A stretch of DNA of 64,000 bases, from the NCBI GenBank assembly GCA_030390025.1, contig CM059432.1, positions 49,168,001-49,232,000 on the forward strand, written 5' to 3'. The position numbers and the translations under genes were made by a program. The notes beneath the pieces are model-generated. The model ran no database searches. It was not told the origin of the DNA and saw nothing but the letters and a program-made list of their open reading frames with translations. Below are positions 52,291 through 63,463 of the stretch, piece by piece (the stretch's first letter is position 1; each line of letters opens with the position of its first letter). This stretch comes from Squalus acanthias (lineage: Eukaryota).

Positions 52291-53417
52291 GATGTCTTCA
52301 TTGTTTCAAATATACTGTATATTAAGTTGCATGTAGAATATTTGTTATGTTTGCATGTTATGCAGTTATCCAATTCTATGAAAATAAAAAAAGCCAGCTT
52401 GTAAATTTTGATGACTATAAGGCTGGTGATGAAAATAATCAAAATAGAAATAAAGGAAAAAATAAGTTTGGGGGCAAGATTGGACTAGGGGAGTGAATTG
52501 TAACATGTATTTTTTTGCAATCCACAATGTGAATTAAAAAAACATTCACACTGTGTAACTACAAAAACAAAACCCTTTGATCGAGAAATTCTCCGCACTG
52601 CAAAATTAGCCAGATACTTGTAGTTTATGTTAATTTGGAATCATTATGAGAATGCACTAAATTTAATCTTTAAAAATTCAAATGTAAAATTTATGTAAAT
52701 TTAATTTGTCTTTCAATCAATGGTGTGTAAAATAGTCAGCTAGTTGTAAAATTGGAAATGCTGATTAGAATATTAAACCTTGGAAATGGTTTTACAGCTT
52801 GTTCATTTTGTTGCTGAATCAGCAAATTGTCAGAACTGTTGCAATTAGGCTAAATACAAAGTATCATAACACTACACTATGTTCACTTGTAACATACCTA
52901 TTAAACTACCTTTTCTAGTGGCCAAACATGCAAAAGCAAGGAGGCAAAGCAAGGAGGCAAATGTTTCACAGGCAGTCCTGATTTTCTTTGTTGACTGAGA
53001 TATCTTGAAGCTGAACATGATTGTTGCCCTTGTATTCTGCCCCCTCCTCTCCGAAAGGAACTAACTTGTTTTGGAGTGCAGTTGCACAGGCTGCTGACCA
53101 TTTAGACAGCACGCTTCAACTGTTGGGTTGAATACACAACTGAGTCTGGTCCTGTTCTCACCCAATGTTCACATTTTCCAAAACGGATCACTGGTTTGAA
53201 ATCAAGTGCAGGAACTTTGGCTGATTTTCGCTCCCTAGCCCAGTGACACCAAGATCAACTGCAGCATCCCTATTTCCCAAGAGGAAAGGCAGAAGAAAAA
53301 GATAGCTACGTTAATCTATCGTTCCCTTTCAGATGGTGACTGACCTCCTGGGAATGTTCAGCATTTCCTGTTTTTAAAAAAAATATTAGGGAATATCATA
53401 TTATCTTTATTATATAG

Positions 53418-53720
53418 TATTTACAGCACAGAAACAGGCCATTCAGCCCAATAGGTCCATGCCGATGTTCATGCTCCACATGAGCCTCCTCCCACTGTTC
53501 TTCATCAAACCCCAGTTCTGACGAAGGGTCATCAACCTGAAACGTCTACTCTGTTTCTCTCTCTGCAGATGCTGCTTGACCTGCTGAGTATTTCCAGCAT
53601 TTTCTGGTTTTATTTCCCATCAACATATCCTCTATTCCTTTCTTCCTCATGTGCTTATCTAGCTTCACCTTAAATGCTATTCGCATCAACTACTCCTTGT
53701 GGTATCGAGTTCCACATTTT
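53418..53720 (-). mobile_element. CR1 3' fragment containing a Penelope family-B insert
   Basis: acagcacagaaacaggccattc..cttatctagcttc..ttaaatgc; homologous to 17060-17250. Confidence 0.75.
53514..53615 (+). mobile_element. Penelope-associated family-B terminal fragment with GUC-type hammerhead motif (53514-53550)
   Basis: agtt-CTGACGA-AGGGTcatcaACCT-GAAA-CGTC-tact; downstream part shared with 3520-3590. Confidence 0.75.
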
Positions 53721-53885
53721 TCTTCATTCTGCTTTTCGCTCTGATTTTTTTCTATATACCTTTATATGAATATATGAATAAACAAATTAATACAAAAGCA
53801 GACTCTTCTCTTGTATTAGAAAAATAAAAATATAGCACAACTGTTCTTAAGCTGGAACTTGCATTTCTGAAGTGTATTGGAAACA

Positions 53886-54409
53886 TGGGGGGAATTTTAA
53901 GCTCCATCCAGTTTCAACCAGGCAGGGCAGCAGTTAAAATGCAGCGGGTGAAATATGAACTATGTTTACACTTGGTTCCGATTTAAAAATGTCTGACTTT
54001 TCAGGAATATGAGGCGAAGGCCTCAGTCAGTCCGGAGCCCCACACAGGTATCCAAATCAGGGTGCTATTGCTAACAATACTATCTTAACCTGGAAGAGGG
54101 CAGTGGCCACTTCAGCAGCTATAACCAGGTCTGAAGATCGAACACGCTTTTCCAGGCAAGTTTAAAATGTTCTCTTATGGAGCCAGGAGGAGCAGGAGTG
54201 CTCCGCCGGGCCCCATAAGGGAAGTGCAGGCCACCCTCTCCTCCCAAACCGCTGACCACCCCAGAACACCCATCGCCGCATTTACCATCTTGGTCGGGAA
54301 GTCAGCTAGCGGCATGTTAATGAGTCCTGGCCGTCAAAATTTGCTGGACATCCCGCTGTCGCTCCCGGACGGGTTGTCCACTTCAGACCAAGAGTTTAAA
54401 TCCACCCCT
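53886..54409. mobile_element. Harbinger-type MITE (family II), decayed
   Basis: Ends gggggaattttaa / tttaaatccacccc. Confidence 0.55.
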
Positions 54410-54624
54410 CTTTCCCCCCTTCATGGTATTCCTAGATGAAATTAGCTTCACTGATTTGGCAAATGTCAATTCCACAAGGAACAGTCCGAGCAGTTGATTA
54501 ATCATGTTATTAATCATTAACACAAAGACTTCACAAACTTCTTTTCCCCATTTGTTTGGAAAAGCAGACTTCCAAAATTTGTATTAACACAAGCAAAATG
54601 CTGTTCAATCTTCGCTGAAAATCT

Positions 54625-55680
54625 TTGATGCGGCACTTGGAGTCATACCTAGCACAAAAGAAGATGGTTGTGGTGGTTGGAGGTCAATCATCACAGCCCC
54701 AGGATATCGCTGCAGGAGTTCCTCAGGGCAGTGTCCTAGGTCCAACCATCTTCAGCTGCTTCATCAATGACCTGCCCTCCATCATAAGGTCAGAAGTGGG
54801 AATGTTCGCTGATGATTGCACAGTGTTCAGTTCCATTCGCAACTCCTCAGATAATGAAGCAGTCAATGCCCGCATGCAGCAAGACCTGGGCGACATTCAG
54901 GCTTGGGCTGATAAATGGCAAGTAGCATTCGCGCCACACAAGTGCCAGGCAATGACTATCTCCAACAAACGAGAGTCTAACTTTGACATTCCATGGCATT
55001 ACCATCGCCGAATCCCCCACCATCAACATCTTGGGGGTAACCATTGACCAGAAACTTAACTGGACCGGCCACATAAATACTGTGGCAACAAGAGCAGGTC
55101 AGAGGCTGGGTATTCTGCAGCGAGTGTCTCACCTCCTGACTCCCCAAAGCCTTTCCACCATCTACAAGGCACAAATCAGGAGTGTGATGGAATACTCTCC
55201 ACTTGCCTGGATGAGTGCAGCTCCCACAACACTCAAGAAGCTCGACACCATCCAAGACAAAGCAGCCCGCTTGATTGGCACCCCATCCACCACCTTAAAC
55301 ATTCACTCCCTCCCCCACTGGCACACCGTGGCTACAGTGTGTACCATCTACAAGATGCACTGCAGCAACTCGCCAAGGCTTCTTCGGCAGCACCTCCCAA
55401 ACCCTCTACCACCTGGAAGGACAAGGGCAGCAAGCACATAGGAACACCACCACCTCCAAGTTCCCCTTCATGTTACACACCATCCTGACTTGGAAATATA
55501 TCGTCGTTCCTTCATCATCGCTGGATCAAAATCCTGGAACTCCCTCCCTAACAGCACTGTGGGAGTACCTTCACCATAAAAACTGCAGCGGTTCAAGGCG
55601 GCTCACCACCACCTTCTCAAGGGCAATAAATGCTGGCATTGCCAGCGATGCCCACATCCCATGAACGATTATAAAAAAAA
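54625..55680 (+). mobile_element. Non-LTR retrotransposon RT C-terminal half and 3' end (CR1/L2-group family)
   Basis: ORFs 54625..55047 and 54983..55441; highly similar to 40290-41355; A-tail. Confidence 0.93.
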
Positions 55681-57134
55681 GCTTGGATCTCAGATGTTTA
55701 ACTTGTAACTGGTGTTGTTGATGCCTATTCGAATATCAGATGCTTCAAATATGATAGATTCTTCTCTGACACCCCAGATTTCTGTCATAGTTTACCTCTG
55801 GTGGAGCTGATGCAGATGTATCCAATTAAAGAATGTAAGCGTCAGCACAAAGGCAACCTAAACCAGGTCCCCTGCTGAATTCTGCACTTGCAATACATAT
55901 TCAGAGATAAGATCTATAAACAAGGCTTCTAAAAATGATTACTTTTGTACTTCTAAATACTTACAAGCTGGAGTATATGTACTCGTTTAATGAGAAAATC
56001 TCCACAAAGTAAGGATTCATGCTAATTAAGTTATATGCTTTGCTTGCAACACATTATACCTTGCATTGATGCTAACCACGCGTTAGATCAAATTTTAAAA
56101 GAATCCTGGCTGAGCATGAGCGAAACTGGTACAGAGAAGTGTAGAGCACAGATGAATATACTACCTCTTTCTGGAACATGCACCCCACTGTTAACACTAA
56201 CAGCCATTTTTTGCAAGCAACAGTCTGGGTAGCTACTAATCATCATTAAATATCCATTCTCTGTCAAGCATTTTAAGGAAAATAAAAAACATATCTATTG
56301 TATAAGAAGCATTTAAAAGTGTCATTAGGTATATAATACAAGATGATAACGTCTTTGCTGATGAGGTTTCTCAATTTGAAGTAAAAATCAATTCAGGTGA
56401 CCAACGTAATTTAATTTGGTTTTTTCTCCCACATCCTCTGCTCATGAAGGCACTGATTCATGATGGGTTTTTTTGCACACTGACGCCAATAGTGCTCTTT
56501 GATCTCGGTCTAGTGGCCACTTTTCATGTGTAAGCCTTGATAGTGATTGTCAACTGGCTATTTAACCATGAATGGCCAGGCTGATGGTGTCTGTATCCAA
56601 TATCAACAGATAGGCATTTTCCAGCAGTGGTTAGAATCAGAAACTCTGGCTGATTTTTCCTCCCTGGTCCAGGATTGCAGATGCCATTTATAGTGTTTCT
56701 ACCACTGCCCTCACTGAGAGCAGCTAATTCAGCAGACCAGAGAAATAGTTTAGGACCTGCCTGGTCTGTGTGGCTCAGTACCACAACAATTAAATACATT
56801 AGTGCACAGTTACTAGTAATTGTTCCTGTCCTAGTGTAATCTTAATCAGATGTTAATATAGCTTGTGTTTCAGGAGCTAAAACATCGAATTGTGCACGTT
56901 ATATATATGAATAGCTAGCAAGTTAAAAGTTAGCTTCAGAAAAGTATGCAACATTTTTAACTGATTGAAAGCCCAAGTGTATTCATATCTTCTGGCTGTT
57001 ACACATGTATGGTGACATTTCATTATAATTGTGCACTTTAGCAGAAGTAAGCTCAGCCTTTTTTGGTTTTCCCTTCTTCTAAGAGCAACATTCATGACCA
57101 CTGTAAAGGCTATTCACTTCTATCTGTCTTTCAG

Positions 57135-57220
57135 ATGCTACATGAAGACCGAGGAAAAGGCCATAGTTTATCCTGCAAAGGAAGTCTGCTTAGAAGGATT
57201 GAATCAGTTTTTTCCCCAAG
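57135..57220 (+). other. Candidate plus-strand exon (86 nt)
   Basis: ttcacttctatctgtctttcag| acceptor and AAG|gtgaga donor; two frames open; product unrecognised. Confidence 0.4.
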
Positions 57221-57725
57221 GTGAGAAAGGAATTAATGTTTTAACAAAATGGTGCAGTGGCATCGATGATATCAATGACTTTTCAATGTGGAGCCCTGCC
57301 TGCTTGGGCCGGACGCCCCCTCCCCCGCCTGTTTTGAGGTGAGTTAAGATGGTGAGGCGCGAACCCACCCACACCGTTAACGAATGATTGGGGGGGGGAC
57401 TTAAAATCAATCCCACAGTACCAGTCAGGTCTCACTAAATATACTCATGACATTTTAGAGTATTTTCTCTTCACATGAAGATCTTCATTAAAATAAAATT
57501 CATTTAATTAGGTCTATTCAAATCAAAAATAGCATGTTCAACATTTCAAATTTGTATCAACATAGTACTTGTATTTCTCACTGATTAAAAAGCAGTTTTC
57601 CCTTTCAACAGTTTCATAGCAAGTTGTGTGAACAGGCTTTGACCCTTATTGGATTTTTTGACCATTTTTCCAAATAAAAGATTTGTAAAAAAAATTACTT
57701 TTAATGCTGGAGTTTCAAAAGTATT

Positions 57726-58468
57726 GGGCCGAAAATTGATCCCGGGACGCGAGAGTACGCACTGCGTACTCTCGCGTATTCCCACTCCAATTGCCGGTTT
57801 TCTGCATGCCCTGCGCATGCGCTGAAAACCGGCAATTGCTCTTCTGAAAAGGGGGCGGGTCCTGGGTGCATCGCGTGCGCGCTACAGGCTGCGCGCACGC
57901 TGTGCACTTCATGCTTTGGACGCGCAGGTAAGTAGGGAAGATTTTGGAAATGTAAAAAGGAGGAGTAAGACCCGCTTTTAAGAAGGTAAGTAGTGAATTA
58001 AGTATTTTTTTGAATTTTTTTTACAGGTATATCTTTTTTAGAGACTTTAAAGACAGGTAAGTTTATTTTTATAACTTTTTAAAAGATTTTAAATTTTTTC
58101 AAAAATTTAATTTTTTATTTAAAATGGTTAATTTAATTAACTATACTTATTTTATTAATGTGATGGTTTTTTTTTTAAATTTAATTGAGGTTTAGCTGTT
58201 ATTTTGGGGGGGTGTAAGATTCATAGATTTCACAGCAGGTCTGTGAAACTTATGAATGGAAGATGGTGTGCTGCCATTGGCTCTAACTGAGTCACGTGAT
58301 CCCACAGCTCGCACGAATTCACTACGCCGGTGGAATACGCAAGCCCAGCACAGCAGCTGTCCAGAACATCAAGTTCGTGCGAGCTGGATCTGAAAAAGCA
58401 CAAGCGAGGTGAGACATCGCGGGGAAGGCTTACCCTCGCGGGAACAGAGCGAGATCAATTTCTGGGCC
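57726..58468. mobile_element. MITE with internal perfect hairpins and splice donors
   Basis: TIRs GGGCCGAAAATTGATCCCG / GGCCCAGAAATTGATCTCG; CpG-rich ends and T-rich core. Confidence 0.75.
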
Positions 58469-58519
58469 AATGTTTTCTCCCATGAGTTTAAAAAACAAGA
58501 GGCAACCAGACAAATGATG

Positions 58520-60765
58520 ATTACAAAAACAATTTGCATTTATATACCATCTTTAATGTAGAAAAATGTTCCAAGGTACTACACAGGGGCATAATCAGAC
58601 AAAATTTGATACCGAGCCACATAAGGAGATAGATATGTGAAGAGAAAAAGATTGGTGAAGTCAAGCGTAGGTCCCTTGCAGTCAGAATCAGGGGAATTTA
58701 TAATGGGAAACAAAGAAATGGCAGACCAATTAAATACATACATACATACTTTGGTTCTGTCTTCACAAAGGAGGACACAAATAAACTCCCAGAGATGTCG
58801 GGAAACATAGGGTCTAATGAGAGGGAGGAATTGAATGAAATCAGTATTTGTAGGGAAATGGTGTTAGGGAAATTGACGGGATTGAAGGTCGATAAATCCC
58901 CAGGGCCTGATATTCTACATTCTAGGGTACTTAAGGAAGTGGCCCTAGAAATAGTAGATGCATTGCTGGTCATCTTGCAAAATTCTATAGACTCTGGAAC
59001 AGTTCCCATGGATTGGAGGGTAGCTAATGTAACCCCACTATTTAAAAAAGGTGGTCGAGAAAAAACGGGGAATTATTGACCGGTAAGCCTGACATCGGTA
59101 GTGGGCAAAATGCTAGAGTCCATTATAAAAGATGTAATAGCAGAGCACTTGGAAAACAGTGACAGGATCAGACAAAGTCAACATGGATTTACAAAAGGTA
59201 AATCACGCCTGACTAATCTACTGGAATTTTTTGAGGATGTAACTGGTAGAATAAATAAGGGAGAACCAGTGGATGTGGTGTATTTAGACTTTCAGAAGGC
59301 TTTCGATAAGGTCCCGCATAAGAGATTAGCGTGCAAAGTTAAAGCACATGGGATTGGGGGTAAGGTACTGATTTGGATAGAGAACTGGTTGGCAGACAGG
59401 AAGCAAAGAGTTGGAATAAACGGGTCTTTTTCTGAGTGGCAGGCAGTGACTAGTGGGGTACCGCAAGGATCGGTGCTAGGACCCCAGCTATTCACAATAT
59501 ATATTAATGATCTAGACGAGGGAACTAGATGTAATATCTCTAAGTTTGCAGACGACACAAAGCTGGGTGGGCGTGTGTGCTGTGAGGAGGATGCAGAGAA
59601 ACTCCAGTATGATTTGGACAGGTTGGGTGATTGGGTAGATGCATGGCAAATGCAGTATAATGTGGATAAATGCGAGGTTATCCACTTTGGTGGCAAAAAC
59701 AGGAAGACAGATTATTATCTGGACGGCAATAGATTGGGAAAAGGGGAAGTGCAACGAGATCTGGGAGTCCTTGTGCACCAGTCGCTGAAGGTAAGCAAGC
59801 AGGTGCAGCAGGCGATTAAGAAGGCAATTGGTATGTTGGCCTTCATAGCGAGAGGATTCGAGTACAGGAGCAAGGATGTCTTGCTGCAGTTGTACAAGGC
59901 CTTGGTGAGACCACACCTTGACTATTGTGTGCAGTTTTGGTCACCTTATCTGAGGAAGGATGTTCTTGCCATGGAGGGAGTGCAGCGAAGATTTACCAGA
60001 CTGATACCTGGGATGGCAGGAATGACGTATGAAGAGAGATTGGGTCGATTAGGCTTATATTCGCTAGAGTTTAGAAGAATGAGAGGGGATCTCATTGAAA
60101 CTTATAAAATTCTAACAGGACTAGACAGACTAGATGCAGGAAGGATGTTCCCGATGGTGGGGGAATCCAGAACCAGAGGTCACAGTCTAAGGATAAGGGG
60201 TAAGCCATTTAGGACTGAGATGTGGAGGAATTTCTTCACCCAGAGAGTTTTGCACCTGTGGAATTCTCTACCACAGAAGGCAGTTGAGGCCAATTCATTA
60301 AATATATTCAAGAAGGAGATAGATATATTTCTTAAGTCTAAAGGGATCAAGGGATATGGGGAGAAAGCAGGGATAGGGTACTGAATTTGGATGATCATCC
60401 ATGATCTCATTAAATGGCGGAGCAGGCTCGAGGGGCCGAATGGCCTACTCCTGCTCCTATCTTCTCTGCTTCTATATCTGGACCGGTGACCAAAACCTTG
60501 GTCAAAGAGGTAGGTTCTAAGGAGCATCTTAAAGAAGGAGAGAGAGGTAGAGAGGCGCAGAGGTTTAGGGAGGGAATTCCAGAGCTTAGGGCCCAGGAAG
60601 CTGAAGACACGACCATCAATGGTGCAGCAATTAAAATTAGGGATACGCTAGAGGCCAGAATTGGAGGAGCACAGAGATCTCGGAGGGCTGGAGGAGGTTA
60701 CAGAGATAAGGAGGGACGAGGCTATGGAAGGATTTAAAAATAAGGTTGAGAATTTTAAAATAGAG
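58520..60765 (-). mobile_element. L2 3' fragment split by CR1 (58520-58629 and 60476-60765)
   Basis: Collinear with 7440-7980 on both sides of the CR1. Confidence 0.85.
58630..60475 (+). mobile_element. Young 5'-truncated CR1 LINE with near-intact RT (ORF 59101..60384)
   Basis: YLDFQKAFDKVPH, GVPQGSVLGP, KFADDTKL; in-frame TGA at 59077-59079; CR1 3' tail. Confidence 0.97.
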
Positions 60766-60899
60766 CCTTACCTAGTTAAAGGGGAAGGAAGTGTAAGGGA
60801 GTACTTCAAAATATTCCTCTCCTGACAGAATTAACATAAACTTAATTTATTGGAAATGACTAAGCCTGAATGGAGGCCCACAAGTCGGATTTCCTTCCC

Positions 60900-61180
60900 T
60901 CCTAGATTGCTTTAGCTCTGTCGATAGCCTGCTGCTTTTGATGTTTAGCATGCAAGTAGCTCTGTGTTGTAGCTTTAGTAGGCTGATGCCTCATTCTATA
61001 AGGTATGCCTGGTGCTGTTCCTGGCATGCCCTTCTACATTCTAGATTGAACCAGGTTTGTCCTGACTTGATGGAGATGGAAAGACAAAGAGAGTACTGGA
61101 CCAAAAGGTTACAGATTGTGATGATATACAATTATGCTGCTGATGAGGGCCCACAGTGCCTCATGCATGCCAAGTTTTAG
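60900..61180 (-). mobile_element. Old decayed LINE fragment
   Basis: ctttagctctgtcgatagcctgctgctt matches 815-843. Confidence 0.5.
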
Positions 61181-62803
61181 CACAATTTCAAATTTAATTT
61201 CACAATTTGTCATGGTGGGACTCACAAACTCTGGGTTGATAAACCAGTACCATAGCTATTACCCTACCGTACCCATAGTAGTAAAAAAAGAACTCCATAA
61301 TAAAGCATAAATTAGTGTATAATCTAAAGATTTTTAAGTGCAGTCGCGATTTCAGATATTTTTTAGTGAAAATGTATGAACTTCCAAAAACAGACTCAGC
61401 AAACTATCAGTGAGATTTGGAATAACTGCTTCAGATGCAGAAATAAAATTAAACATTTACTGGTTTATAGTTGTTTGATACATCATTGATTGATAGCATA
61501 TCTGTAATTCAAAGATCATGCAGGCACTCTATTGACTGTAAATGGCAGGGAGGAAATTCATTCATTTCCCCACGTTTGTCGATGCTGATTTGTCTGACAG
61601 TGGGCCTGAAAAGTGCAGTGTGATCGACAGGTGAATTTGATGGCCTGCTACTTTGTTCATTTAACAAACTCAGTCAGCAGTATTTCAACTGGGTACAAAA
61701 GGGATTTCTTGCTGTTCTCAGCTACTCTATCAAGCTGTTTCAGGACAACCTGTCCTGCACAATAGAGCTCCTGCGAACTGCGAGTGTTCTGATTGACCGC
61801 AACACAAGAAGGGGGCAGCTAACAATATCTGGCGTTGATCTGAGATTAGATCTGTTTTTTTTAAATCACTCCAAAATAATACAGAGGAGGGCTCACATTC
61901 CGCCTGGGGTCCACCAGTCTCCTGCCATAATTCTGGCACCGAATTTCAGCTCCAGGTAATTTTATGGTGTGTCCTTATGCCAGGTTTTGGGTCAGACATT
62001 GTGCCATCTGTGGGTGTCAGTTTGGAAGCAGACTGCCAGTAATTATTTTGATATTGTTCTGTGTTTAATTGAGAAATGATCTGCAGTTGATTTCTGGAAA
62101 ATTCTATGGCAACATTCTTAAAGTAAATTGATCTATACACTGTTAATCCGGTCTTCACACTGTTTGCAACATGTTGACTAACTCTATTCCACTTTTCTCC
62201 CTCCATCTCCTGAAGGGTTTGACTCAAGCCGGTGCATGGTACCATAAGCAATGGCCACCCTTGGTTACCTTGTTCAAGTGTTCATTGTTCATGGTGCTGA
62301 TAAGCTATTTGTTTATGGTGGCCACTGCAGTTGAGTTAGATCCTGCTTTCACCCAGCATCTGCGCACGGGCGCGGGGTGGCGGGGGGGATAATTTTGACT
62401 TCAATGGAAATAAACATTGGGAGAGATTGTAGTCCCCACATCCCCCTTTGGTTGAGATCAGCTATCTCAGCATAAACTGATGATCATACCCAGGACTGTA
62501 CTATTTTGTATAGCTCAATTCCACAATGACTTTCCCAACTGATCCATTGGGGAAGCCAGAAGAATTGAACTACGTGTGATTGGTGACGAACAATGCAAAC
62601 ATTCCCTATGTTTTACTAACATGAAATAGGTTTTGGGAATTAGTGCTCCTGGAGCAGGGTTTCACGCAACAGGAGTGCATATCTGGAATTCAGATGTGGA
62701 GGTCAACATGCCATTCGGAATGAACCCCACGCATGTAGGGAGTGTATTATAGGAAATCTCAGGTGCACAGCCTGTAATCATTTAAATGACTGGAAAATGA
62801 TCA

Positions 62804-63050
62804 TGATGCGGAGATGCCGGTTTGGACTGGGGTGGACAAAAATGAGAAGTCGTACAACACCAGGTTATAGTCCAACAGTTTTATTTAAAATTACGAGCTT
62901 TCGGAGCGTTGCTCCTTCTTCAGGTACAAGTACAGTGAGTACTTGTACAAGTACTGTACTTGTACCTGAAGAAGGAGCAGCGCTCCGAAAGCTCGTAATT
63001 TTAAATAAAACTGTTGGACTATAACCTGGTGTTGTGCGACTTCTCATTTT
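62804..63050. mobile_element. Inverted Penelope family-A pLTR pair (palindrome) with tail and two hammerhead motifs
   Basis: Arms 62837-62936 / 62953-63052 with 2 mismatches; 13-bp duplication TGGAAAATGATCA at 62791-62803 and 63051-63063. Confidence 0.92.
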
Positions 63051-63124
63051 TGGAAAATGATCAGCTGTGCACCTGTGATGCACCCCGTTGCAAGCACAGG
63101 ATTGCGGGATTGGCCAATAGAAGA

Positions 63125-63245
63125 AGAAAGAATGCACTTGCATTTATATAGCGCCTTATCAAATCTTTGGAATGTCCCAAAATGCTTTACAACCAATGGA
63201 CTACTTTTGAAGTGCAGTCACTCGTGTTACGTGGGCAAACAGATA
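63125..63245 (-). mobile_element. DeuSINE 3' tail
   Basis: cttgcatttatatagcgcctt..tacttttgaagtgcagtcac. Confidence 0.75.
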
Positions 63246-63463
63246 TAAGGAAAGGGGCAAGTGGATATAAGGGAAGGATTACATTTCAAAACTAAATATA
63301 TATATTGATGAAATTCATTTAATTGTATTAAAAGCAAATGCTTTAAGCACATGACAGTAAAATCTAAGTAGTCAGTAAAATTACAGTAGTTTTTAAACAA
63401 TTACCTGAATTTAAAAAAAAGCTAAAATGTAACAAAAGTACAAATTACATTGTAAAATACCAA

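Noticed and set aside
59292..59916. Antisense ORFs over LINEs (also 9831-10259, 14235-14600)
   Set aside because: Shadow ORFs of CR1 ORF2, recurring in multiple copies.
59101..60384. Functional autonomous reverse transcriptase gene
   Set aside because: 5'-truncated (no ORF1 or endonuclease) with an upstream in-frame stop.
62791..63063. miRNA precursor, LTR retrozyme or ordinary MITE
   Set aside because: Arms are homologous to the Penelope 3' terminus, with a one-sided tail and 13-bp duplication; no direct LTR pair or primer-binding site seen.
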